NCBI GenBank assembly: GCA_030324005.1
Contig: JARDVH010000193.1
Location: 35,137,001 to 35,201,000 of the forward strand
Reading direction: 5' to 3'
Length of the DNA stretch: 64,000 bases
DNA from: Negaprion brevirostris
Taxonomy: Eukaryota
The position numbers and the translations under genes are program-made. Shown here piece by piece: positions 27,130-40,205 of the stretch; the stretch's first letter is position 1; every line of letters begins with the position of its first letter. Under the pieces are notes generated by a model. That model did no database searches, was not told the DNA's origin, and was given only the letters and a program-made list of their open reading frames with translations.

Positions 27130-27450
27130 TAAAATTAAACTGACTGAAGGTGTTCCACCAATGATGGAATAAAGGAAATGGAGCAACTTGCAGTAGATCG
27201 GTGTTGCAGAGCGGAAGATGTGAGCAGAAACTTTGATATGGGGTTGTGGAGACAGTGGAGGTCCGTAATAGGAACACTAAGATCTGGTATGAGGTGATCT
27301 GGTTTGGGAGTGGCCAAAGAAGGCGAGTGGAGGAGGCTGAGGCAGTCGAAAGCCATAGCTTTAGATGCTCATTCAAGAATTTCTCAACAGTTGGCAAATA
27401 TGAGGGTCTTGGGGATAGGGGAGGAAGTTTGTATAATGAATGGAGATAAG
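27130..27450 (-). mobile_element. L2-like LINE 3' fragment
   Basis: Antisense similarity to the 32250-32600 L2-like tail; decayed. Confidence 0.45.
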
Positions 27451-27764
27451 TTTGGGAAGTTTTACTTTCAAGTATAATACATTAAATACAAACTGTATGT
27501 GGAGATGGAAGAAATGTTAGTTTTTCTAATGGCTTTTTTCATTACTGATGGATTTCTTAAAAGTTTACAGTTTAAAAGATCTAATAGCCATACTATTAGG
27601 CACTTGATGAGTATACAAAGGAATTCTTTTTCTCTAGGAAGAACATCCTTTCTTTTTTTTCTCATTGGGTCTGAAATTATTGGAAAATAACTCAAGCTAG
27701 AAAAGAATTGATAGTGGAATGAGGGAGAAAAGTGCTAATGTGTACCTGCATCAGATCAGTAAGA

Positions 27765-27865
27765 AAAAACTTGCTTTTATATTACACCTTTCCTAAATGG
27801 ACATGTCCAAAGTACTTCACGACCACTGCAGCACTTTTGAATTTTAGTCACTGCTGTGTTGTGGC
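27765..27865 (-). mobile_element. DeuSINE/L2-type tail fragment
   Basis: Reverse complement resembles the tail at 42370-42478. Confidence 0.45.
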
Positions 27866-28043
27866 GTTGGCGAAATATACATAATTGTTCTACAAAGTAT
27901 GTAGAATTATTTTCAAGGTGAGGTAGACTGTGATTTATGTTACATGAAATACTTTCTGTTTCAGCATTTTGTATTACTGATGTATGATACTTTACGCTAA
28001 AGGGATAATATTTTGTTGACTTTGAGATATTGTTTTATTCTAG

Positions 28044-28223
28044 CATGGTGCAGCAAGACTATTTTGTTCATCTATCAAAGGCTTCCAAGGACAGCAAAAT
28101 TCCAACCATGTTGGAAGTGTATCAAACAAACAGAATCCAGGCAACCAACCACATCAACAGCACTGTCCTAGCAAAAAGAGGAAGCACAAAGGAGACGCTG
28201 CCTCAGCAGACTTATGTCGGTAG
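28044..28223 (+). CDS. TENT4B: TENT4B last coding exon with basic KKRKHK motif and stop codon
   Basis: TAG acceptor at 28041-28043. HGAARLFCSSIKGFQGQQNSNHVGSVSNKQNPGNQPHQQHCPSKKRKHKGDAASADLCR*, with TAG at 28221-28223; matches the PAPD5 C-terminus (KKRKHKRD...DLCR). Confidence 0.96.
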   Translation, partial: HGAARLFCSSIKGFQGQQNSNHVGSVSNKQNPGNQPHQQHCPSKKRKHKGDAASADLCR

Positions 28224-31200
28224 TCTGTTTTTGACTTGGTTAAAGAAAATTCCTGCAGTGATCCCATTAGCTACGGAAGACTGGTAGCGCTAGATGGGAT
28301 CTTCTCAGACTTTCCCAGGAGTATGGATTTTGATTTTTTTCCAGATTGCCATAAAATGATCATGGGTTACAGTGGTTGTCACAAACATTGCTTCCCTTTT
28401 TAGATGGGCCATAAGCTGCAGTGGAGCAGACTTTGAAGATGGAATCGATGCACAAAAATACCCCTACCCCGGGTTTAAGATGTAATGGAAGTTGATCGGA
28501 AAAGTGTGTTAGAGGATCTTAAAATTATTGAAAAGCAAAATTTCCGTTGCCTCCTTTGCAAGGGAAATTTTAAATGTTACAGCAAAATGTATACTTTGTG
28601 CACGATTTTAAAATTATTTTTGCATATACTGACATTTTTATTGTGTATATACAGAAGATTGTATCAGTACAGTATTTGCATTAGTAACCTTTGTGTTTTC
28701 AGTTAACGGTTTTTACATGTCATTGCAATTTACATTTAAAATTGAAATTTTCTGTGTTGTTAATTTAATTGATCCCAAGGATGTTATCTGATACTGCTTA
28801 TATAATGGTAAGAAGGCTATATGGTAAGCTTAAAAGTGCTTTACTAATACTTATCCATGTAGCAACTTCCAGATTCATTTATTGGTCTTTGAAATAGAAG
28901 ATATTGCTCCAGCAGCTGTTGAAATACACTTAAGTTAAAGGCTTTAAGTAGCACATGGCATCTGGAAAAGTGAAACGCAACATTTTTTAATACTGTTTAA
29001 TTCTGTATGCAGCATGTAGAAATTTGTACAACTGTTAAAGATGCTGTATGAACAGAATTGTTCCTATCAAATATTTTGAAGGAAGTTTTAATATTTCCTT
29101 GTCTCAGGTGTAATAGTAAATATTCATATTGTATTTTACCAAATGGAGTGATCACGAAATTTCCTTCTAAATACATCCTTATAGATCTGGCGGCATAAAT
29201 CTGTGTTGGTCCCAATTTCTGGCTTTTCTATGTTGTGAAAGTACAAATTTTAGTTGAAGTCTAAGAACAAGTGGTACCACACTTAATTTCTTTAGGCAAT
29301 AATTTCCCAGCATTCGACACTGAGTTATTTTGTTCCTTGAACTTTTATGCATGCATATCTGTTGAGCCCTTCAATCCTAGTATAATTCTGACTTGAATTC
29401 TTCTTACGTAAAATCATGACCAAATAACATTCATCCAACTAAGACCCAGTAAATGTTGACTAGTGATATGTGTTTACACAACTTGTAAACNNNNNNNNNN
29501 NNNNNNNNNNNNNNNNNNNNNNNNNNNNNNNNNNNNNNNNNNNNNNNNNNNNNNNNNNNNNNNNNNNNNNNNNNNNNNNNNNNNNNNNNNTGTAAACTGA
29601 AACACTACTAGAAAGGCTCTCAGTACAATTTTCTTCTTAACTGTGGATGAATTTGGTGCTTTAAAATCAAATACCAGAAACTTCAAGCTTCCTGTGGTGA
29701 TGATGGGGACTGTACCGGGAAAGACATGGACTGAATAAAGCCAATTGGAGTGGAGAGGAAAAATCAAATGTTCTCTTTTTTTTGTTTGAGTTATTTCTTC
29801 AAAAACTTTGTGATTGGTTTGTACAAAATGCAAAAAAAGTGCAGAAAATGGACACAGGATTGGTAAATCAGTGGTGAACACTATATGGCTCAGTTATACA
29901 GGCATTTTAATTCATAGGTAGAATAACAATCTACTTAAACATTGCATTTGGAGTGAGGCAGGATCCCATCAGAGGTCCTTGATAACTAAGCCCCTGTCAG
30001 GGCTATTGTTCAGTTCAGCATTGAGATTTTAGTTATTAAAAAAAAACTTCACAATCAGTCTAAATCACAGGCAAGTGACTCATCAATCAGCTTCATTTGC
30101 AGCATATTGCAAGCACCGAAATGACCAAACTGCTGGGCGTCCCACTTAAGCTTCTGGCAAAGTACACAGCAGAAATGTAGATACAGATAATGCAACATTG
30201 ATGTTTCCATACANNNNNNNNNNCATTTACACTTAGACCGTTTTTAGATTTCCCGTGAAGGCACAATATGATGCAGAACTTGTGTTATAGATATCCCCAC
30301 GATGAATCATTACCAGCGATGGGACAAAATCTTAACTAAGATATTGTTTATAGGTATTGATCTCAAAGCTTTGACAAATATCTTTAGATTTAAAATATTT
30401 TGGACTTTTATTTACAAACATACATCAGCAATACAAGAAACTTATTATCCAATAACTTGAATTAAGTAAATTTTGACCAAGTTCATCTTTATTTTCCGAA
30501 TATTATATTGAAGAATGCACTTTTTTTGGCCTTGGTTACTACATGTAGAAATTGATATGTTATCTTGCTTGAGTATATGCTGCTGATTTATTTTTAACAA
30601 TCAATACTGTATAATAGATAAACAACAAAATTATTTAAGAATGAATGGAAATTTTGCTTCATCTGCAGCTAAGTATATAATTTTTGTCATAGGAAATAGT
30701 CTCACAATTTTTGACCATATAATGCGTGACATTCTGGCCGTTCGGTAGTGGTTTGTACATTCACAGCTTGTAACCTGACTGAAATAAAAGGGAACTTAAA
30801 ATAACTGCATAACAAACAACAGTAACAACTCTAAATTGCCATAATAGATTCAGCAGTAATTGAAAAATAATATTGATTCCATTGAGAATCTTTGCCAGCA
30901 TTTTAGAAGTTTTGTGAGTTACATGAAATGATTTAAGTAATAAATTAACCTCTATTTCTGAGACAGCATCACATCCTTGAAGCAACGTATGCATACTTTT
31001 GAAAATGGAAATCAAACTGGTTTCTATAGTTTGCCTTAAACTTTTTTATACTCATACAAAGTATAAAACTTGCCAAGTTTAAAACATCGATGACTCTTGA
31101 AGAGTTGATCTGTTTTTACTGCTTAGCAATTTGAGGTTTCCTATCTACCTTGTATTAAATTTGCGTGGCCACTTCATCTTTCATTTTACAACATTTTACA

Positions 31201-31245
31201 AGGTTTGAGTTCCTGATTAAAGTATGTGATTATGGCAAAGCTAAC
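28224..31245 (+). other. TENT4B: TENT4B 3'UTR (3' end inferred)
   Basis: AT-rich, no recognisable TE until about 31320. AATAAA at 29734, 30783 and 30939; ATTAAA at 31154 and 31216. Confidence 0.6.
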
Positions 31246-31290
31246 CTTTAACTTATGTGCTGTGACTTAGGATGTGTAATGTTTTTGTAA
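31216..31290 (+). terminator. Candidate distal polyadenylation signal
   Basis: ATTAAA at 31216-31221, TGTA upstream at 31151, GU/U-rich tract at about 31255-31290; repeats resume just downstream. Confidence 0.4.
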
Positions 31291-32099
31291 TATAAACTGT
31301 ACTGCCTCTGCAGACAATGCAGGGAATACATAAAAAATCACAGATTCTATAAAGAGAAAAGATGAGTTGATGCTGCTAATGTAAATCCTTCATGAGACTG
31401 GAGTTCTGATTAAAGTTCTAAACAGAAGTGTTGAACCATCTTTTCCGTTTATAGATGTTGACCAATGGTTGTGTATTTCCTGAATTTGCAGTTTGTTTTA
31501 TTTTTTGGAATAGTCTCTAACTGCAAACTCATCACATGACATTTTTCTTTCAACAGTTTTAAGTTTATTTTCCTCTTTTGGTGACTTATTAACACTGTTC
31601 AGCTGGCTAACAGCGGTTCTCGTTTCCACCAGTCCCTCTGCCCAGATTACTTTGTATTGATTGCTCTGCTGGTTCCACTTTCATTTGTATTTTTATTTCT
31701 GTCCAACTGTCAGTTACAATTTCTAACTTAGAATAAAGAGACCTAATATATTGCATATGTCCTGCCTCAGCTGTTGGACCTCAACCCCCCAGTAACTTTT
31801 AAATTGCTGATCTGAGTTTTGTAGTCCTTCCATTGTTTCACTTTTAGGTTTTCACCGATAAATGTCTGTCCTAGCACGCATTGTTCTGATTTTTTTTTGA
31901 ATGATTTGCAGTCTTGTAATTGATTCTCCCAGGAGAGATCTCCTGTTAACTCAGGAGTTCACATGTAATTGCTAATAAAATAAATTGTCTTCCCAAGTCC
32001 ATGACGTGCTGTCTTAAGTTTGTTTTAAACTAACTGCATGTGGACTTCGTCAGGCTTTTCAGATACATAATTGTCTTATTTTCATAGAATGTCAGTGCG

Positions 32100-32720
32100 G
32101 CTTCTGACCACACATCCACCTCCTGTGACATTAACTGACTCAGTCATTATCTCAGCTCACTTGCTGAAAGCCTTATCCATGTCTTTGTACCTCTGGACTG
32201 GACTGGACTATTTTGAAGTCTTGGCTGGGCTCCCACATTCTACCCTCTCTAAGCTTGAGGTAATACAAAACTCTGCTGCACGAGTCTTAACTCACGTCAA
32301 ATCCCATTCACCTGGTGCTTGCTGAGTACACAAGCTCCTGGTTAATTTAAAAAAATCTCAATCTTAACTGTCCAATCCCTCTTTGGCTTTTCTCCTCCCT
32401 ATCTCTAATCTCACCCAGTCCCACAACCCTCAAGGTACTTGCACTTCTACAATCCTGCCTTTTGAACATCTCCAATTTTAATTGCTGCACCATTGCTGAC
32501 TGTCTTCAGTTGCCCTCCATCCTTATCTCTCAAAATATCACCATCTCTTTACACTGTTTCCCTTCTTTAAGACACTCTTTAAAACCTCCCAGTTTGAGCA
32601 AAATTTTGGTCATCTGCCCTAACATTTTATTATGTTGCTCAGAATTTTGTTTTCTTATTCCCTTGTTAAGTGCGTTGGAATGTTTTATGACACTAAATGT
32701 ACTAAATAATTGCAAGTTGC
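32100..32720 (+). mobile_element. L2-type LINE 3' fragment
   Basis: LDYFEVLAGLPHSTLSKLEVIQNSAARVLT corresponds to L2 LDYCNxLLAGLPxxxLxKLQxIQNSAARVLT. Confidence 0.85.
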
Positions 32721-34824
32721 AGTTGATGGGTGGAGAGAGGTGGTGATGGATCTAGCCTTTAATTATGCAAGTCAACATTGTGAACAGTTGCTGAGAAAAT
32801 AACTATTGTGGCAACTGCTGAACAAAAACAGAAATTACACTGAGAAAAGATTGCAATGGAATTCTAAACCTCAGTGAAAGAATACAAAGGTTTGCATTGA
32901 GTGATAGTAAATATCTTTTGAAGTAAGTATACAGGTGGTGCATTTACCTAATACTTTTTCAGGCATTTTCTACTGAAATTAGTGTATGTGGCTTGAACAA
33001 CGTCACTGGCATGCCTGTCAGTAGTCAACAGTCTGTTGGACAAGATGACATTTGACATACACTGAAAAAGCTGTCAGCAGGAAGAAATGATTAATGACAA
33101 CTATAACATTCTTTTAGGTATATCTTCCCCTGCTTTGGAGCATGGAGATATATACTTAGACAGCAATAATGCTCAAATAGTTTTTTTTGTAAGGAATTCA
33201 GATTGGATGTTCTTGTGGTTTAAACTTTGAGCACAGTCTTTGCTTTTCCAGCTCAGGAGAGTCATTCTTGATGACAATGATGTATTTTTTTCAATTGAAC
33301 ATTGAGTTCATTATTTCTCACAGGTGAGCGTAACGTTTGCCAAAAGAAGCCTGACTTGCCCTGGCCTCTGACAGCACCACACATGAGAGCTTTCAAATTC
33401 CAGAAAGGCAAAGAGGATTTCGCTTTGTTCTTGGCCTAAGCAATTCCCCCAAGAAGGGCATTTTTAGAATGATACTTTTAAAAGATAAAAATAAAAAATG
33501 CTGAGTCTGATCAGGCAGCAATGTTCCAGTTGATGATCTTTTTTCAGAAACTAGAAAAGCTAGAATTGTAACCAACTCTTGTCATTTAATCTCAACCATC
33601 TTCCTAGCCAAACACATCCTCCATTTTGTTTTTTTCCTACCATTTCAGTTCTATTTCAAACTTTTCACAGTGCTGATAAATCATTGACTTGAAATGTTTA
33701 GCTCAGGGCAGACTGCATCTGTGGAGAGGGAAAGTGCTTTCAGCATTTTCTGTTTTGACTTTAGGTTTTTCAGCATCCGCCCCGTTCTTGTAAAAGATGA
33801 ACTGATGTGTTCAGGTGAACAGTTAACCATTGAGTAAAACTAAATGGTGAAAGTTGATAGTTGTTACATGTTGGTGGAAGAACATGCTAGTAATAGAATT
33901 AAGGTGAAGATTGACTACCAAAGTCAAGACTGATATGTTCCTGATATATAGGTGTAAAAAGCATTGGAGTCTCTGATTTTATTAAATGTGGGGCAGGCTT
34001 AATTGGCTGAATGGCCTAAATTGGCACCAGATGTGTCCAGTAAGCACCTCCATGGCCCCAGTTCAGTTATCACTCCAACGGTGACCCACCTACTTGTGTA
34101 AGAATAATTGATTCAGAAAAGACTGAAACTGCAGCTCAAAACCTAACCATGTTATTTGTATAAAGCATTGCTATCTTGCTAAATATTCTTCAAAAAATCC
34201 TTGCCTTGAAGGAAATTAGACCTGTTAGTGGTGATGGTAGCTCAATCATAGTTGCGCTGTTGCAAACATGTTTGGACACACTGATCATGTTTTGTCATCG
34301 CAAGTTTGTCCAGTATATCTTTTAATATATAGTGAAGTACCATGACACATGTAATTATTTTGCCATGATTTGGCAATGGGTTTGCGGGGCAGGGGGAGCA
34401 AATATTTATGCTAGGCATGTCTCGCAAAAACATTCAAAAGAACTGTTGGGACACAACCTGGAAATGGAAGATCAGGAGTTTGGTAGCATCCATATTAATT
34501 GTTAATTTCTAATAGTTAACGTGGCTACTTGGAGTAAAAAATGACAAGTCACCAGAATATTTATTCCTGTAGTGGTAAAACAATAACAATTACTTTCTGT
34601 GCCATTAGCAGCTAGAATCATAGAATAGTTATAAAACAAGGAGGCCATTTGGCCTATAGGATTTATGCCAGCAAGTCCTGTTTTCTTATAGCCGTGCATT
34701 TTCTTTTCTCCAGATAATTATCCAATTCCTCTTTGAAAACAATTTGAACTACTTCTACCACATTCTTTGCTTAGTGCATTTCAGATCCTAACCACCTGCT
34801 ACATGGGAAGTTTTTTCTCTAGTT

Positions 34825-35200
34825 TGAGTTATAAGGAGTGGCTGGATAGACTGATACTTTCCTCCCTGGAGCATTGGAGGCATAAGGGTGATCTTATAGA
34901 AGTCTATAAAATAATGAGTGGCAAGATAAGGTAGAGAGTCAACATCTTTTTCCAAAGATAGGGAAATCTAAAACTAGAGGGCTTAGGTTTAAGGGGAGAG
35001 ATCAAAAGGGTCCAGAGGGGCAATGTTTTCAGAGTGGTGTCTGGAATAAGCTACTAGAGATGGATACAATATTGTATTTTAAAAAAACATTTAGACAGTA
35101 GATGGGTATAGAGGGATCTGGGACTAGCTTAGTGGTTAAAAACTGGGTGACATGGACAAGTTGGGCTGAAGGGCCTGTTTCCATGCTGTAAATCTCTATA
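34825..35200 (+). mobile_element. CR1-type LINE 3' end
   Basis: AGTTATAAGGAG...GGGTGATCTTATAGAAGTCTATAAAATAATG (GDLIEVYKIM) and GAAGGGCCTGTTTCCATGCTGTA tail. Confidence 0.85.
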
Positions 35201-35217
35201 ACTCTGGTCCTATTAAC

Positions 35218-35522
35218 CATAGAATTCCTACAGTGCAGAAGGAGGCCATTTGGCCCATGAAGTCTGCACTGATTCTCCAAAAGAGCATCTTACCCAGGCC
35301 CATCCTCTCCCTGTCCTAGCCCTGTAAGCCTATGCATTTACCACGGCTGATTCACTTAACCTAAGCATCTTTAGACCGTGGGAGGAAACAGGAACACCTG
35401 GAGGAAACCCATTCAGACACTCTGAGAACCTGCAAACTCCACAGTCACCCAAAGCCAGAATCAAACCCAGGTCCCTGGTGCTGTGAGGCAGTAGTGTTAA
35501 CCACTGTGTCACTGCGCTGCCT
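35218..35522 (-). mobile_element. HE1-type V-SINE
   Basis: Antisense tail CATAGAATTCCTACAGTGCAG, V-domain and tRNA head. Confidence 0.88.
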
Positions 35523-36149
35523 TAAATCAATGTCCTTTTGTTCTTGATCCTTTCACCAATGGGAACAGATTATCCTGAGCTACTTGCCTGTATAATTTTG
35601 AACATCACTAAATTGGAACATCATCCTGGTCATTTCTATTTCTACATGTTTCTCTTGTATAGCATGTGGTTACAAAGGTTAGTTGCCTTCATTGACTGCG
35701 GGATAAGGGACATCTGCATGTAAGTGAAACAGACGTGACTCTGTCTCCAGGAAATTAAAGACTTAGCTGTTGGATATGTCTACTATGTTGGAAAATATCA
35801 CTTTAATGGATGTTAAGCATTGTTAGGGGAGGGATGGCAAATTCTTTTGTGACTACAGTACCAATTAATGCTCCTCAAACAAATTAATTATTCATCTAGA
35901 TATTTGTTGGATCAGTAGCCACTTTGTGAAATGGTGGAGTAGGTTTCTTTTTTCATAAGAAATCAATATGTTTAATTCATCCCCTCTACGATTCTGAAAG
36001 TTTTTTTTTCCTTTGCTGGCCCAATAGATGGGGAAATTGAAAGAGCTCAGAATGTAATCCATGTTGGACACAATGCAAGACATTTACTCATTAGATTCAG
36101 CATCTTCCTAAATCACCACAAGTGTTTGAAAATTCATCAAACTTAATGA

Positions 36150-38970
36150 AGTGGTGGTGCTCTCAGTCACCTTCCTGCAGACCATTTAGTTTAGATACGT
36201 CCAGAGTGCTGTAGGAAGGGGGTCCTAGAACTTGGATCCAGCGATATTGAATGAATAGTGATGTAGTTCCATGTTGAGGGGTGTGACTTAGAGGGGAACT
36301 TGCAGGTGGTGGTATTCTCATCCAACAATTGCCCTTATGCTTCTAGGAGGTAAGGGTCAGGAGTTTGGAACGTGCTGTCAGTGTCCTTGACGAGCTGTTG
36401 CAGTGCTTCTGGTGCACACTTGCCACTGTGCATTGGGTGTGTTTATTGTGGTACAGTAGTGCCTGACAGGGAGATAGCTTTCTCCTGGAAGGTGTCAAGT
36501 TTCTTGAGTATTGTTGGAACCATACTTATTCAGGCAAGTGAAGAATATTCCATTAAATGTTGACTTTGTGCTGTGCAGATGGACAAGCTTTGATAGCACT
36601 TTCCAAAGCTGTGGGCTTTACTTCCTAGAAGCATAAGGGCAGCTGATGCCTGGGAACATCACCATCTGTAAGTTCCCCTCCAAGCTACATACCTTGACCT
36701 GGAACTATATCACCTTTCCTTCAATGTTGCTGAGCTACCCATCCCAGAATTCCCAGATTCTGGCTTAGTCACTGTATTTACGTCAGGCCTATTTAAATTT
36801 CTGCCCAAGGATAACTCTCAGGGTATTGATACTGGGGGATTTGATACTGGAAACGTCATTGACTGTCAGATTTTCTCTTGTTGGAGATGCTCATTGTCTG
36901 CCACTTGTGTGGCATGAATGTTACTTCCTACTTTACAGCCCAAGCCCATAGTCTTGATGCACACAGACATGGACGTAGACTATTTCAGTATTTGAGACAA
37001 ATAGTACTGAACGTTATGCAGTCATTAGTGAACATCCCCACTTCTGACATTATGGTGGAATGAAAGTGATTGATGAAGTAATTGAGAATGAGTGGACCTA
37101 CAGTGATGTCCTGGGACAACCACAAACATCTTCCTTCGTGCTAGGTCTGACTCCAACCAGTGGAACATTATTCTCCTTGATTTCCATTGACTTCAATTTT
37201 AATAAGATTCTGTGATGTCACACTCGGTGTCACTTCACTTCAGGAACTTGACTCTCTCTTGCCTGTGTTTGGACCAATGCTGAAATGAAGTAACGAGCTG
37301 AGAGGTCCTTGCAGAGCCCAAACCGAGTGTTGGTGCAGGTGATTGCTGTGCAAGTGCCACTCTATAGCACAGTGACAACCTACTATAATTTTGCTGACAA
37401 TTGAGAGTAGACTAATGGAGCAGTTATTGTTTTGATTGGATCTTTTTTGACAATTTTCCACATTATCAGGTGTTTGCCACTTTTATATNNNNNNNNNNNN
37501 NNNNNNNNNNNNNNNNNNNNNNNNNNNNNNNNNNNNNNNNNNNNNNNNNNNNNNNNNNNNNNNNNNNNNNNNNNNNNNNNNNNNNNNNCTTTTATATCTG
37601 TACTGGAGCAGCTTGGCTAGAACACAATGACTATTGGAACATAAATCTTCAGTGCTACTGCCATTATGTTGTCAGGGTCAGATAATCTTTTGTCTACCCA
37701 GTATCTCCAGCCATTTCCTGATATCATGAAGTGTAAATGGAAGTGGCTGAGAACTGACATCTATGATGCTGGGGACCTCAGAAGGTGGCCAAAATGGATC
37801 GTTCACTCAGCACTTCTACTTGAAGATCGTTCTAAATGCTTCACCCTTGTCTCCTACACTGACCCGATGGGTTTCCCCATCATTAAGATGGAAGTATTTC
37901 TGGTGCCTCCTCTGGTTTGTTGCTCAATTGTCCCAACACCATTCCACAGTTGGATTTGGCAGGACTGTTTCAGCCTGATCCATTGGTTCTGCTTTCACTT
38001 AACTAGGTTGGTGCCTCATTTTTAGATGGGCCTTTTGCTCTTCCATACACTTCATTGAACCAGGGTTAATCTCCTGGCTTGATAGAAATGGTAGAGTGAG
38101 GGATATGCTAGGCCATGAGGTTACAGATTATTGTTGAATACAATTCTGATACTGTTGATGCACCAGTGAGTCATGAATACCCAGTTTTGAGCTGCCAGAT
38201 CTGTTCTCAATCTATTCCTTTCAGATAGTGCCACACAACACAATAGAATGTACCTTCAACATGAAGATGGGATTTTTGCCAGAAACCTCCAACCACACCC
38301 ATGGCTAGGATTCTCTGCTGCTGCTGCTGCAATGATGAGTTTTGACTGAGTGCCAAATTCTCCATTCTTATTGGCAGCAGGGGCTGGGTGAACAAGATTA
38401 GAAAATCCTGCCCATTGTCTCCACAGGAACTGTGCAGTGGTGACTCCTACCAATGCTGTTGTATACATCTACGGCAGGTAGATTGGTGGGGGTGAAGTCA
38501 AGAATGATTTCCNNNNNNNNNNNNNNNNNNACGATGTGCTGCAGGCCTCACTCCAGTGCTCCTTGAGGACTTGCCTAGCTTGATCTGTAGTTATACTGCA
38601 AGTCACAACTGGGCATAAGCATTGAAGTCCCCTAGTAATTCAACATTCTATGCCCTTGCTACCTTCAGTGCTTCTTACAAATTATGTTTAAAATGGAGGA
38701 GTACTGATTCATCAGCAGAGGGAGGGAGGTAAGTGCTAATCTGCAAGAGATTTCCTTGCCCAAATTTGATCTGATGGCATGAAACTTTGACTTTCAGGGT
38801 CACTTCCTCTGACTATATACCTCTATTCCACTTCTTTGTGGTGAATTGGTCTTTTTGATGGAAGTGTACATTAACTGGGATGATGATGGAAGTCTGGGAC
38901 ATCAGCTGTATAAGATATGATTCAATGAATGTGACTATTGAGCTTGACTAGTCCACGTGAGCTGGTCCTT
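36150..38970 (-). mobile_element. Long decayed CR1/L2-group LINE with an internal inverted piece and a MITE insertion
   Basis: Antisense of the 9350/22950 LINE 3' region; ISLLSIVSKI RT-entry motif at about 37400; sense-oriented piece at 36590-36750. Confidence 0.7.
38268..38413. mobile_element. MITE (Harbinger-like)
   Basis: GGGATTTTT...GAAAATCCTGCCC termini; interior GAGTGCCAAATTCTCCATTCT is the reverse complement of the 56932-57069 interior. Confidence 0.65.
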
Positions 38971-39080
38971 TGTTACTGGAAAGCAAGCAAGTTATATTAA
39001 ATACTTGTGTAATATGGCAGCCCACTGACAAAAACGTTATTAAAAAAGTTGGAAAACTTCACAAAGGGACACATTTAGTT

Positions 39081-39357
39081 TGGGTAGCGCAGTGGTTAGC
39101 ATTGCTATCTCACAGCACCAGGGACCTGGGTTCAATTCCACCCTCGTGTGTTTGGAGTTGACACGTTCTCCCTGTGTCCTTATGGGTTTCCTCCTGATGC
39201 TTTGGTTTCCACCCATGCATGGGCTAGGTTGATTGGCCATGCAAAATTGCCCTTTAGATCCAGGGGGACTAGCAGGGTAACTACATGGGATAACAGGGTG
39301 TTGTTGGTGGAGGCTCAATGGGTCGAATGGCCTCCTTCTGAACTTTTGGGATTCTGA
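39081..39357 (+). mobile_element. HE1-type V-SINE
   Basis: tRNA head, V-domain, GAATGGCCTCCTTCTG tail. Confidence 0.85.
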
Positions 39358-39419
39358 GTGTTTGTCATTTCTTTTGTAGAACATAACTAAGAAGGAATTT
39401 TAAATATAAAATAAATTAC

Positions 39420-39715
39420 TACAGTTGCTAGAATCTGAAACAAAAACAGAAAATGCTGGAAAATCTCAGCAGGTTTGACAGCATCTGTGGAGAGAGAACA
39501 GAGCCAACGTTTTGAGTCTGGATGACCCTTTGTCACTTTTAATAAGCTGTCTGAAAGAGCATTGCAAAAACAAGATACTGTAGATGCTGGAATGAAAACA
39601 GAAAATGCTGGAAATACTCAAAAGTTCAGGCAATATCTGTGGAGAGAAACAGAGTTGATCTTTCAGTCTAATGTGGATGTTGCCTCCTGAGTATTTCCAG
39701 CAATTTCTGTTTTAA
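39420..39715 (-). mobile_element. Penelope-like terminal repeat fragments, two pieces
   Basis: AAAACAGAAAATGCTGGAAA...CAGCATCTGTGGAGAGA occurs twice; same family at 23575-23635, 50240-50315 and 52210-52455; degenerate hammerhead at 39501-39536. Confidence 0.7.
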
Positions 39716-40205
39716 ATACAGCAGAGTATTGTTTCTGTACATCAGCCAGGTACAAATGAGAAATAAAGGTTAAAAGGTCTACTGCTTAATCTCATAGGCC
39801 ATGTGGGAACTGAGCAGCAATATTCCCCAGTTAGATACAAGGTTCAACCTAATTCTTTGTTAAATGGACACGTTGACCTCCATCAATCCAACAAAACAGG
39901 CGTCACCAAACCCTTGGAAATGTAAAGAATGGGTAATAAACACTGTTTACTATAACTGTTAACTTAAAACAAACGGTATGAGGTAACTGTGTGTGTGTAA
40001 TGTTTATTTTCCTGTATGATTCACACACACACGATTCTGTCGGTATCACCAAGCTTGCAATCAGGTTTCCTTGGAGCTCTCGCATGCACAAATCTGGATT
40101 ATTGCAGTTTTTAACCTCACAGCACCCCCTCACATATTCTGCAAATTTTTTGTTTTATGCTNNNNNNNNNNCAGCCAAATACTTTGGTAGAAAGCAGCAG
40201 TGGTA

